From positions 35,106-99,105 of the forward strand of contig MCFE01000304.1 of NCBI GenBank assembly GCA_002104905.1: DNA of 64,000 nucleotides, written 5' to 3'. Under the pieces are notes generated by a model. It saw nothing but the letters and a program-made list of their open reading frames with translations, searched no databases and was not told the origin of the DNA. The translations under genes were made by a program, and so were the position numbers. Every line of letters starts with the position of its first letter. Positions within the stretch are counted from its first letter, which is position 1. The DNA comes from Basidiobolus meristosporus CBS 931.73 (taxonomy: Eukaryota; Fungi; Basidiobolomycota). Below, piece by piece: positions 36,323 through 49,139 of this stretch.

Positions 36323-39300
36323 TATCATGGATGATGAACTTGAAGAAGACTCAGAACTCACCTTCCATATGACATAAGAATACCTATTCAAGATGACCTC
36401 AAACTCAGGAAAGCTATTAGACTTGAATGGAGTAATCAATGGAGTACCCGCCAAGATCATAATTGACTGAGGAGCATTGCATGAGTACATGTCAGAGCAA
36501 TTTGCTTTGAGGACTGGTATCAACTTAGTACCCCCCAAATCAATTTTAGTCCCAACAGCTGATGGGAACGCTCATGCAATCAACCATATTACCTTGCCTG
36601 TAAGAATGAGAATCAATGACTATGAAGAAGACCTACAGGCCCATATATTTGGGAACTGCAAGTTTGACCTTGTACTTGGGAAAACCTGGCTATTGTGTTG
36701 TAATCCATCAATCCACTGGAGAACCCATGCAACTTAGATCCTGAAAGACAACAAATCCTAACAGCTATTACCTGCCAGACTGGATTTCAACTTGGTCAAT
36801 TCCAGTGTGTGTGAGATAAGTGATCTTAGCAAGACAGAGTCCTGTAGAGCACTTAGAAAAGGCACCCAGATGTTCCTCATGGCAGTATTACAGGGGGATT
36901 CCTCTTCTCCAGTACCCCAGAAAGTCCAGACTCTTTTGAAGGAATATACAGATGTATTTCCAGATGAACTTGTAAGCCTACCACCGGTCAGAGACATGTA
37001 TCATGCCATTGACACAGGAGAGAAAGTGAGTAAGACACCTTACAGAATGAGTCCATTGGAATTGCAAGAGATAAAGAGACAATTAGATCAGTTATTGGAG
37101 CAAGGATACATCAGACCCAGCAATTCACCTTGGGGAGCATCAGTACCTTTTGTGAAGAAGAGGGATGGAACACTTGGGATGTGCATTGACTACAGAGCCC
37201 TCAACTCAGTTACTGTTAAGAATAAGTTCCCCATACCTCTGATTGATTAGCTTTTGGACCAACTCAATGGAGCCACTCTATTCAGCAAGATTGACCTCAT
37301 GTCAGGATACAACCAAATTAGGGTACAGTTGGAAGACATCCCTAAGACAGCATTCAGGACCAGATATGGACATTACAAGTACTTAGTCATGAGTTTTGGC
37401 CTCACAAATGCCTCTGCAACATTCATGACCCTGGTGCAGACTGTCTTCCAGGAGTACTTAGACAAGTTTGTGATAATCTACCTAGGTGACATATTGGTAC
37501 ACTGCATGACAGAAGAAGATAATGTGGTGCATATTGAAAAGGTCCTGAAGAAGCTAAGAGAGAATAAGCTATATGGCAAGCTATCAACGTGTGAATTCTT
37601 CAAGGAACATGTTGAATATCTGGGACACATAGTGACTAGCACAGGAGTGACCTTAGACCCTAAGAAGGTTGAAGTTATCAAGAGCCTGAAGCAGTCCCAT
37701 AGCATATCAGAACTCAGATCATTCCTTGAAATGGCTTCCTATTATTGGAGATTTGTCAAGTTGTTTGCAAGTATTGCAGCCCCTTCAAATAATATCCTCA
37801 AGAAAGACAATACCTATAAGTGGGACATAGCATGTGGACTGCGTTCCAAATGCTCAAAAGTGAACTTGTCAAGCTGCCAAGCTTGAGAATACCTGACTTC
37901 AGAAAAGAGTTCACTCTGTGCACAGATGCTTCAGATGATGCAATTGGTGGAGTGCTGAGCCACAAACACAAGGGAAAGGACTATCCTGTTGCCTTTGAAT
38001 GCAAGAAACTGAACTCAGCAGAACAAAACTATCCAGTACATGAGAAGGAGATGCTTGCTATAATGTACTGTTTGAAGACATGGAGATGCTATATTGAAGG
38101 AGTCAAATGTACTGTGAAGACTGACCATGCCTCCCTCAAGTGTATATTTACTCAGAAGGTACTCTCTAGAAGAATGACAAGATGGAGTGAATACATTAAG
38201 CAATTTGATTTGGAGATTGTCTACTGCACTAGGAAAAACAACACAGTTGCTGATGCCTTATCAAGATTAGAACATGTTGCACAACTCAACTTGGTGCATG
38301 AGTCAGACTGGACTGACCTATTACCAAAGTACTTGGAGGACCAAGCCATCCCTGATGAAGTGGATAAAGAGATCAAGAAGATCATCTGGGATGAAGCCAG
38401 CAAATATGTAGGTCAGGATGAAATACTCTACCAAATTGTTAATGGAAGCCCAATTGCCTATTGCCCTTATCTTGCCTGCCTGGATTTAATACATAAGCTA
38501 CACAATGGAAATGGACATCTTGGAATTGAAGGAACCTATAGCCCTGTGAAAGCCAGAGCAAGGTGGCCCAGAATGAAACAAGACATTGCAAAGGTAGTGA
38601 AAACATGCCCAAATTGCCAGATCAACCAAGGCCAACCACAGAGAATTGCTGAGCTCTCTCCCTTGGAGCCAGTAAGACCATTTGAAAGATGGGGAATTGA
38701 CTTCATTGGAAGACTGCTAACTACCATGAAGTACAACCATTGGATCTTAGTAACAATTGATCATGCCACAAGATGGCCAGTGGCTAAAGCAGTACCTGTA
38801 GCCAGTGAACAAGAAGTTGCAAGTTTCATCTACCATGATATCCTTATGAAGCTTGGATGCCCTGTAGAGATCCTATCCAATAGAGGTGCAAAATATATGG
38901 CAAGGACATTGGAAGCTTACCTGGAAATGCAGAACATCAGACACTTGAAAACCTTGGCATATCACCCTAGTACTAATGAAGTAACTGAGTGGTTTAATGG
39001 ATTATTTGGGAAAATGCTGACTAAGTATGCAAATGAAGCTGTTAGCAGATGGGATGAGTATATAGACCAAGCACTTTTTGCATGCAGAGTCAGAGTACAC
39101 AACACCACCCAACAATGTCCATTTTACTCAGTGTATGAATGAGAACTAAGTATTCCCAGAGATCTCACACAACTAAAGCTCACAGACACCTTAGAAGATG
39201 AACTCAGTCAGCCAAGTAGACACCAGCAGCTGGAACAAAGACATCAAGAGGCACAGGCCAAAGTATCTCAAAGTGCAGAAAAGACAAAGCAGAGATTTGA

Positions 39301-40287
39301 TAACACTATATCACCAGAATTATTGACAGTTTGGAATCTTGTATTGTTGAGAAACAATACTTGGAGGAAGTTTGATCCACAATGGTTAGGACCTTTTAAG
39401 ATCATCAGGAAATGTCCATTTGCAACTTACCAAATAGTAGACAAGCAAGGGAATATCTGGGAAGATTTAGATCACAGAGACAGACTCAAGCTTGCAAGAC
39501 TTGTCAACATTACTGAACCATTAAGACTTAGGTATTATAAGAAAAGAGATTCAGGAAAACCTTCTCAACTTTGGTAGGGGAGAATGTTTTGATCTATTAC
39601 TTGAATGTCTAAGTTAGATCCGTTTTTAGTCAAATTGCTTAGTTATATGTTAAGCCTATCAATATATCAGTGTTATCAATTCAGATCTGTGGCATTAGTC
39701 AGCAGATGAATCAGCAGATCCTTATCAGAGAGGAATAGATATATCAAGTAGGATGCAATAGGGTGATGATGAGGCAATCATATGAGTCATTAGTTACAAT
39801 CTGCATCAGGAAACGCAATTAGTTAGCAATTAGTCTGGCAAAATGTATATAAGGAGCTGCTGGAACTTCAATAAAAATCAGCTCAAGTTTTAGTGAATAC
39901 AACACTAGCTAAACTTCCCATTCCACTACAACTCTTACACAAAGACTTGTAACACTTCAATTTTGCAGATTGTTCAGCAATAGGTTCTATACCAGGAGTA
40001 TTTTGGATACCTTCACAGACATGATTAACAGACCTTCTGGAGATCAGAGGAACTTTTATTCCTGCAAATGCAAGGCACAAAGTGCAAAGTTTCAAGCACT
40101 GTCTGACATCAAGGTTAACATTATCTGGTTTAGTGGGACATTTGCTGGAAGTGGGCATGACAAAGGACTCTATGAGCAGAATCATCCAGAATTCAATATA
40201 GGTGAGAAATACATGACACAATTAGCTTATATAGCATAGGATTGTCAGTGATTGGGATATATTACAGCCTATAGGAAGCTAGGCCTT

Positions 40288-40580
40288 ATGAGGAACAATT
40301 GTGATGATCCCATCAAAAGGCTGTCACAAAATCAAAGTCCTGGGACTAAGTGGTACTAATCATCTCAGGGCACCATGTGGAGACCATTGAAAAATAACTG
40401 CACCCCAGATTTCACAACAAACTTAGTGAATAATTTTTCATCTCAGCAATATATTGGTGGCTTTTGATTGGTTCCCTCCCAGCTAGCTCACTTTGTGATC
40501 CCAGACACTCAATCACCTCCTACACTTGTGTGCATTGACTGGCTATTGCCTCTTTGTCACACTCCTCACTTCCTGACTCA
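40288..40580 (+). repeat. Unclassified dispersed repeat Z, copy 1
   Basis: About 290 bp similar to the reverse complement of 48830-49125 (gtgatgatcc...aaaaggctgtcaca...ttgattggttccct...cctgactcaac). Confidence 0.65.
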
Positions 40581-40674
40581 ACCATTTTTCTTACTTTTCA
40601 TGTGTCCAAATTTATTTATTTTCATTGAAACTTCAGTGCTAGTGGAGAAACAAAAAAATATCTGGTAAGACTTA

Positions 40675-41101
40675 GTTTATAGTAATACTGAACCATCAAG
40701 ATACTGATGTGGCAAGAATGGAGATCAAGGAGAACCCTCTCAAGCTTTGCAGGGGAGAATGCTATAATCTACCGCTTGCATATCAAAGTTAGATCAGTAT
40801 TTAGTAAAATCAGTTAGTTTTATGTTTAGCCTATCAGTACATCAGTGTCATCTATCAAATCAGCAGATACTTAACAGAAAGATATAGATATATTAAGTGG
40901 ATCTATTGGGGTGATGATGATGCAATTAAATGGGTCATTGGTTACAACCTGCATTAGGAAACACAATTAGTTAGCAATTGATCTGGCAAAATGTGAATAA
41001 GGAACTGCTGGAACCTCAATAAAGATTGGTTCAAGTTTCAGTGAATGCAATAGTAACTAGTCCCCCCATTCCTTTACAATCTTGTATCAAGACTTGTAAC
41101 A
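40675..41101 (+). mobile_element. 5'-truncated gypsy 3' end (integrase C-terminus, PPT, LTR 40760-41101)
   Basis: actgaaccatcaagatac...gagaaccctctcaa, then aggggagaa-TGCTATAATC...GACTTGTAACA. Confidence 0.85.
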
Positions 41102-41149
41102 ACTGTATCATTGAAACCTGAGTAGATCTTGCTTGGCACATATATTTCT

Positions 41150-42210
41150 GTTTGATATGGATCTGCTAAATCTTTTTAACGCTGTTGATTTGACAACCTG
41201 TGAGAACTGATTAGTCCTGCAAGTGGATCCATTCTGAATTAGCCATCACAATCCTGCAATGATGCTGTCATGATGTAGACAACTAAGATATATTAACTCT
41301 AGTTATAATCTTATGATGGAATTACAAGTTGGTTTTGCTAATTTTACTGCTAAATAGTTTAATAAACCACTAAATGATTTGGCAATCCATAATAGGTATT
41401 GGCATGGCATTCTTACAGGATTATTGGGTCTATCTTTGTGTAAGCAGACCCAACATGCTAGAATATGTAAGAGCTATAACCTTAATGGTGTTTTGATGGA
41501 TTTGATATAGACATTTGTTGGCATTGAAATAGCAGCACTCCAGCCTCAAACTTGTCTTGTATAAGGCTACTGTGCCAGTTTACCATTTGGTGTTGCTTTT
41601 TCTACCTCCCCTTATTTTGATCAAGTATTCAACAGTGAAGGTACCCCATTTATTTGCTTACCCAATAGCACCTGGGGTATTCTGCATAGAGTTCAAGTCA
41701 AAGAAGTAGGGACTTCTGCTTCCTGGTCTCTACATACATGTATACCTGCTGCAGTGGACATACATCTATTACCCCAGCTTTACAGCTATCAGTATGACAC
41801 TTGCAAAGCTACCATCTACCTAGTATGCCTGAGACATATTCATCTTAACAACATAGCCTTTATTGCCACCACTTCTGCCATGAATGACTCTTTAGTATTG
41901 GCAAAGTACCTTTTAGTGCATGGCCAATATATTTCCTCTACCTGTTGGACTCTGGTAACACTTATGTATGTGCTTTGTCTCTTGGTTGTATGAATTCAAT
42001 ATTGATTAGTGCAGAAATTGACTTGTGCCAAGGAGAACCCCTCCTGACCTTGGGAAAGCTGTCCTAATAAAAGCTAGCTAGTTATTGTGTTTTGCCCAGC
42101 CTTGAATCACTTACTGATTTATTTTGTATTAGGACTGCTAAGATCAAGATATGGTAGTACTTGCAACCTGACTTGTCTACTTATCTCTCCACACATGTAC
42201 ACTGTAGGAA
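41150..42210 (-). pseudogene. Second CACTA-like transposase relic
   Basis: Collinear nucleotide similarity to ~18100-19200 (e.g. tagtacttgcaacctgacttgtc vs tagtacctgcaacttgacttgtc). Coordinates approximate. Confidence 0.62.
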
Positions 42211-43545
42211 GCTTCCAAAAGGTGCAGTAAGAATAGCTAACAACATATTTTCAGTCAGTAAAGCAAATGCTCAGGGACTGATATTTGTTTCTACTAAGCT
42301 GAGCTGCTCAATATTGAAGGAAAATGGACAGAAATTAGCTTTGGGAATCAGAGATCACAATACATACAAGTTACGCTGCAAGATCATTGTACCTGAGAGT
42401 GCCAATATTGCTGAAACTTATGCAACTAACTGTGCAATGTGGCATAGGAGGCTAGGGGGGAATAGAAAATAAGCCTATTGATGAGACATGAGTTTGTTTT
42501 AGGCCTAAAATACTCAATTCTAATCAAGTTGAATGTCTGTAAGGGATGTTCATACAGCAAACAAGCTAGGCAACATTTTGGGAGCTCAGGAGGCATTAAC
42601 ACCAGCAAACTATTGGCTATTTTACACTCAGACATATGTGATCTCATGAGAACACTGCTCTTTGGAGCCAAGAGATACTTCATGATATTTACTGATGACA
42701 TGACGAGTTATACATGGGTATACTGCCTCAAAACAAAGCATGAGGCTTTAGAGATGTTTAAACACTTGAAGAGCATGGCAGACACACAACTGGGTATAAA
42801 TTGAAGATACTTTGAAGTGACAATGGAAAGGAATACTGCTCAAAGGAGTTTGCAAAATACCGTGAGTCTACTGGTAGAACTCAGCAGACCACTGTTCCAC
42901 ACACCCCATAGCAAAATGAGGTAGCAAAATGTGCTAATAGAATGGCAGTAGAGATGGGAAGATCTTTGCTACATGATAAGGCAGTGTACTACAGGTTTTA
43001 GGCTGAATCTGATACTACCATAGTGTACATCAAGAACAGATGCCCAACAACTGCACTACATGATTCTACACCCTATGAAGCATATACAGGCAAAGAACCA
43101 GACCTCCTTCACCTCAGGATCTTTGGCAGTAATGTCTTTGTCACATCCCTGCCAAAAAATGGTCAAAGCTGGAATCAAAGAGTCAAAAAGGGAACTTTTG
43201 TTGGTATTGTGAAAATACTAAAAGGTGTAGAGTTATGAGAGCAAATTCAGATGCTGAACAGCAGGGATGTTGTATTTGAGGAGAGCTCATATCTGAAAGC
43301 CATAGAGATCATTGGCCAGCTGCCTGATAATGCAATCAACACTAATGTAAAAGATGAGTACCAAATTGAGCCAGATACCCAAGATATCTCTGCCAGCTCC
43401 GGATCAGAGTAGATTATCCCAGTTGGGAGATCTGTAACTGGCAACACAAAGTCCAGATGCTACTATGGAGCAACCAGAAGGTTTTACCAATCCAAAAAAC
43501 CCCCATAAGGTGTGAAAACTCCAAAATTGCTGTAAGGTCTTAAGT

Positions 43546-43913
43546 TGTTATAATCTGCCGCTTGAATGTCTAAGTTGGATCATTTTTTAGTCAAATCAAT
43601 TAGTATATGTTTAGGTTATCAGTATATTAGTATTATATATCAAATCAGTAGCATTAGCTAGCAAATGAATCAGCAGATCCTTATCAGACAGAAATAGATA
43701 TATTAGGTAGGATCTTACTGGGTGATAATGAATCAATCAAATGAGTCATCAGCTACAGCCTACATTAGGAAATACTATTAGTCAGCAATTGATCTGGCAA
43801 AATGTATATAAGGAGCTGCTGGAATCTCAATAAAGATCAGCTCAAGTTTTAGTGAATACAATACTTGCTAAGCTCCCTATTCCCCTACAACTCTTATACC
43901 AAGACTTGTAACA
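43546..43913 (+). repeat. Gypsy solo LTR in copia J
   Basis: TGTTATAATC...GTAACA; TSD AAGT on both sides. Confidence 0.93.
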
Positions 43914-44757
43914 AAGTATGCACCTAGAGCATGGTTGGGAATATCTTTGGTTTGGAAATTTAGTCACATATGTTTGGGAAATAAAACGTTTAGGACAGGA
44001 ATAATTTGTTGGACGGTATCTGTCATAGGTGAACCAGCAGCAAGAATAATTTTAGTATTTTTTGTAAGATCCATAATTTTAATCAAACAAGAATATACAC
44101 CATCATGCTAAACTCCCTATTCCCCTACAACTCTTATACCAAGACTTGTAACAAAGTATGCACCTAGAGCATGGTATTACAAGATTGACACATATCTAGA
44201 GGAGTGTGGGTATATTTGTAGCACAGCAGATTAGAGTATTTATGTGAAACAGCTCAAAAAGGGTGTGATCATCCTGGTTCTGTATGCAGACAGCCAAATA
44301 ATAGCTACAAGTGACCATGAGGCACTTAAACAGACAAAATAGATCTCTTCAGTAAGATTGAGATGAATGATCTTGGAAAATTGAGTCATTTTCTTGGAAT
44401 CAAAGTGAGCTTTGACAAACCAACACGGAAAACTGTGCTGAATCAGTCTAAGTACATCAGGAACATTTATAGGCGCTTCAAAATGGAAAATTGCAAGTCT
44501 GCAGCTACCCCCATGAGTAGTAATTAAAAAATGAGCAATTCTCAGGTAGTTTAGATGAGAACAGTTCAAATATGGACCAATACTTTCCCTATGGATTAAT
44601 GGCTGGTGGCCTGATCAACTTTATGGTGTCTATATGTCCTGATATTGCAGTGGCAGTTGGAATAGTCATTGAATTCCTGCAGAAATATAAATCAGATCAA
44701 ATTACAGTAGTTAAGTGAATTTTCAGATATCTACAAGGTACCATAAATATGGTACTG

Positions 44758-45125
44758 TGTTATGATCTGCCGCTTGAATGTTTAAGTTAGATCAGTTTTT
44801 AGTCAAATCAGTTAGTATATGTTTAGGTTATTAGTATATCAATATTATCTATGAAATCAGTAGTATTAGTCAGCAAATGAATCAGCAGATCCTTATCAGA
44901 CAGAAATAGATATAGTAAGTAGGATCTTATTGGGGGACAATGATGCAATCAAATGAGTCATCAGCCACAACCTACATTAGGAAATACAATTAGTCAGCAA
45001 TTGATCTGACAAAATGTATATAAGGAGCTGCTGGAACCTCAATAAAGATCAGTTCAAGTATTAGTGAATACAATACTAGCTAAACTCACGATTCCTCTAT
45101 AACTCTTATACCAAGACTTGTAACA
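44758..45125 (+). repeat. Gypsy solo LTR in copia J
   Basis: TGTTATGATC...GTAACA; TSD ACTG on both sides. Confidence 0.94.
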
Positions 45126-47262
45126 ACTGGAATACTCTGGATCAGCTAATAGGCGGAAATTTAATGGATATAGTAATTCAGATTGGGGTAAGAATCTGAT
45201 TAACAGACACTCTACCACAGGATAAGTATTTTCTTATGCTGGTGCAGCTATTACTTGGAATTGCAAGAAATAACCAACTGTGGCCCCGTCCACAACTGAA
45301 GCTGAATATATGGCTGCTTGCCAAGCAACCAAAGAGGCTATATGGCTACGGAAATTATTCAAAGATTTAGACTTTAACTTTGAGGAACAAACATGTATTT
45401 ACAAAGATAATCATGGTTGTATTGCATTAGCTAGGAATTCTACTAATCAAGCTAGAACTAAGCACATAGATATACAACACCACTTTGTGAGGGAACCTTT
45501 AGAAAATAACTTAGCAGAGTTACTTTACAGTCCAACTGACAAAATGGTGGCAGATATGTTGACTAAACCACTAGCTAGACCACAATTTGGGAATCTCAGA
45601 GCAGAATTAGGATTAAGAGATTATTTAGTTGAGGGAGAATGTTGAAATATTGAGCTTTTTGGTATCATTTAGCAGCTAAAAATTTACTGAACAATTCTAG
45701 ACTAGTGTTGGTCACTTCAGGACTTATTTGCAGCCACAACTTTGCCAGCTTCTTCACATCTATGATCCCATGGTTATTCCCCTAGAGTGAAGATCAAATT
45801 GACACTTTTTACTAAACACTATTTATTAACCCTGAAACTGTTACAGAATGCTCCTAAGTGTTAAGAAACCCTCCTCGCTTAGTATTTCTTCTACAAAGGT
45901 ATAATTACAAATCCTCTTTGTGAATAAACAACAGTTCAACTATTGTCACTATATCTTGATAAGTTCCATATATCTATATTGCTTCATAAATTGCAACATT
46001 ATTCTCCCATAAGTTCTAATCTGTCCATACTCTTGCAAATCAATCATATTAGTGTGGGCTATGGGACAAACAACTTAATCTTGAGCAGCAAGATGATACT
46101 ATATAACTTTTTTGCTGGTATTCATGTGAGTCCAAGACTGCCGGGCATTTGCATTGTTGTGCCTAATAGAAAGTAAGATTAAATCAAGATCCATCATGGC
46201 ATTACTGTATATTGAGCTGTGTAACCATACACAAATAAATGCTACAGTATAGCCCTGTATTACAGTTACTCTCATATCAATATCATCAAAAGTAATGCTT
46301 TATTTTATGGTACCCACCCAAGCTCCATTGCAGACACCAGCAGAAGAGTGGTTGATAACAGTATGCTTTGACATTCAGAGTTACTGGTAGGGCTACATTT
46401 AAAAAAGACTATGTGAAAAGCTTGATCACTCAAGATAAGAATGTAAACTCTGTAGCAATTTAAGAAAGGTTTTGGCTATAAAGAGGTCTTCAATAAATAA
46501 TGATGATAGGTGAACTGCTTTTTACTTGTACAGAAGCTCAGTAGTTATACTTTTATTGAAATAATACATCTGTAGCACTAAGTAAGAAGAGCTTCTCAAT
46601 ACTCAGGAGCATTCTGTAACAGTTTCAGTGTTAGTACAAAATGCATAGTAAAAGTACTGCTTTGATCTTGACTTTAGAGGAATAATCAGAGGATCATAAA
46701 TTTGAGGAAAGTCGCAAAGTTAGGGCTACAGGATAGGTCTACAGTGATGGTAAGTTGCATCCTGGAAATATTTTTGCAAGTAGTAATAAATCTTCAAAGC
46801 CCCCATTGCAGATATTAGTGGAAACACGCCACTTCTCTAGTCACAATATTAAATCATTAACCAGTAGATGGATATCTGGGCTCACTTAGTATATAGCCAC
46901 ACATTCTTTTTTCTCTTCTCTTATGTCTTTGAATTAATGTAGTCTAGTCAATGGGGTAAACAGTTTGACCCTCAGCAATGTAACGCTATTATATCACTTT
47001 TTGGTCAATACTCATGTGAATATAGGACAGTTTCATATTTGAGATATTGCACATACAACATTTTAAGATTCACTAATAACCTGCCAAAGCAACCATTATA
47101 AGTAAAGTAGTGGCACCACATAAACATGTATATGTAACACCACTTCCCCTTGATTTGATTCACTAGCATATGTGTGCCACCAAACACAAAGTAAAGTAGT
47201 CTGATTGCCTTCCAAGCCCAACCGCTGACGGCAGCAGAAGAGCAGTTAGTCAATATCTTGCT

Positions 47263-48545
47263 TTGACATGCAGTGCAACAAGTAGTGCTACAACCAATAA
47301 AGGCCTGGTGGACATTGTGACCACTGAAGGTAATAACATACACTCCTCAGTCTCTCAGTCTAGTAGGCAATTGGGAATCTCTGCAGAGCCGCAAGCTGAA
47401 CATAATGCTGAGGAAGATCAGAATGTTTTAGAAGCAGTACAAACAATTGAAGACCATCAAGTGGCCATCATAACATCACCACCACCCTTATTAGCAAGTA
47501 TGTTGTAAGCTCATACTAAAGCATTGGTGAAGCAATTAGGTGCAGTGGCTGATAAATAGATGCAATGGCCCAGTGAGATCAGTATATAATCCAGAAATAG
47601 GATGAGTGAATAATTAATGTAGAGCAGTCAACATCTCAGGAAGAGAGTCCAGTATCTTTGCAGCAAACAAGGAACTCAAGTAGCTCAATGTCACAGCCTA
47701 GAATTGAGCCATTTCCCAATGTAGCAGTAGAGGAACACCATACAGTCTTTGAAGCACAACAACAGTGCCAAAGATAAAGCCCACAGATAGACCCATCACA
47801 GAATGGGAGGGTGAGAATATGATGTTTATACCAAAGTCTAAAAATCACAAGACATCAAAGATCTATGAGGCTGTTGACTGCATTGATGAAGAGTAGGCTA
47901 ATATTCAAATGGCTGTCAGCAGTATAGCATACCATCACCGTAAGGCTGTTACACCATGGGACCATCAGGAGTTCATGGCCAATCAGAATGTGTTTGACTT
48001 GTTTGATGAGCATTATCCTGGATTCAAACATGCAACCAAATTTTGGACCAGCATTGATATGCCAAGGAAGTATCTTAAGAATAGCAGAAACTATAAAAGG
48101 CACAAGAACAAGGGTGCTATGGCTAAATACCAGCGGCTTCCTCAAGAGCCTGTTATACGCAGGGCGAAACGCTCCAAACAAGCATCAAAGAGATGTCAGG
48201 TAACTGGAAGAGTGACAATAAAGAACAAGCAGGCAAACATGGATGCACCAGCACAACATTTATCCAGGGAAAGCCTAGTACCACTCAAGAAGCACTCAGT
48301 CAAAGTAGCAATGAAGAACCAGGCAGTGATATAAACCAGCAGCTTTCTCAGGAGCCTGTCACAACTAGGGCTAAGAGCTCAAAACAAGTGGAAGAGTAAT
48401 CACAGGTTGCCAGGAGAGTGTCAACAAGGGACAAACAAGCTAAGACAGGTGCATCAGAGAAGAATCTTTCAAGGAGAAAATGTAGTCAATACAAGAAGCA
48501 CTCATACAAAGTAGCAGTGAAAGACCTGACAGTGACAAATTAAGA
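47263..48545 (+). pseudogene. Unassigned decayed reading frame with a ~206-bp diverged tandem duplication at its 3' end
   Basis: Broken ORFs 47263-47508, 47909-48334 and 48193-48399. Repeat units start at 48143 and 48349 (caa/caggagcctgt...aagaagcactca...aaagtagca). No recognisable domain. Confidence 0.35.
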
Positions 48546-48829
48546 GGTAAAGGGGAAAATGTCTATTCAAGCCTGAGTCAGGGAAGCATGCAAAAAAACA
48601 GTGGTTCTTGCCAATTATTGCCTCAAGCCTGGAACAGACTGAACTCCATCATAGCCAAGAATGAGCAGCAAGAAAGCAGCTGTTTTACAGGAGTTGGTAG
48701 CTCAGCTAGTTGAGCTACACTCCAGCAAGGTAGATGCATTTGCAGAAAAAGGCAATTGGTTTACCAAAGCCTTTACATCTTCCATTATGGACAGGGTGGA
48801 GTCCTCACCTACTGACCAACTATAGAGAA

Positions 48830-49125
48830 ACAGTTGAGTCAGGAAGTAAGGAGTGTGAAAAAGAGACAATGGCCAATCAATGTATACAAATGTCAGTGAT
48901 GATATAGTGTCTGGGATCAGAAAGTGAGCAAATTGACAGGGAACCAATCAAAAGTCACTAATTTATTGTTGTGATGGAAAACATTGTTTGAGCTTTTTGT
49001 GAAATTTGGGGTGTGATCATTTTCAATGGTCTCTGTGCAGTGTACTGACTGGATCAGTACCTCTTAGTCACAAGACTTTAAATCTGTGACAGCCTTTTGA
49101 CAGGATCATCACAGTAATTTCTCAT
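48830..49125 (-). repeat. Unclassified dispersed repeat Z, copy 2
   Basis: Reverse-complement similarity to 40288-40580. Confidence 0.65.
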
Positions 49126-49139
49126 AGCATCTTAACAAT

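Larger units (their letters stand above)
28978..39954 (+). mobile_element. Degraded full-length gypsy element G carrying two nested insertions
   Basis: 5' LTR at 28978-29229 plus 34173-34288, PBS TGGTAGCAGC, broken gag-pol ORFs 34440-39577, 3' LTR at 39585-39954, 4-bp TSD CTTC. Confidence 0.92.
27805..40290. mobile_element. Harbinger-type copy 3 (internally deleted), with its transposase split by gypsy G at 28978-39954
   Basis: ORF2 fragments at 27951-28404. The transposase reads ...RFRSPNA at 28977 and resumes ...FSNRFY...DTF...Q...K.QALSD after 39954. Confidence 0.82.
42210..45933 (+). mobile_element. Degraded copia of a second family (J), 5'-truncated, with a probable 3' LTR at 45640-45933
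   Basis: Integrase CKGCSYSKQ / LHSDIC / FTDDMTSYTWVY and RNase H STTEAEY / TKHIDIQHHF / ADMLTKP. PPT GAGGGAGA then TGTTG...CAACA; this LTR is unlike family A. Confidence 0.85.
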
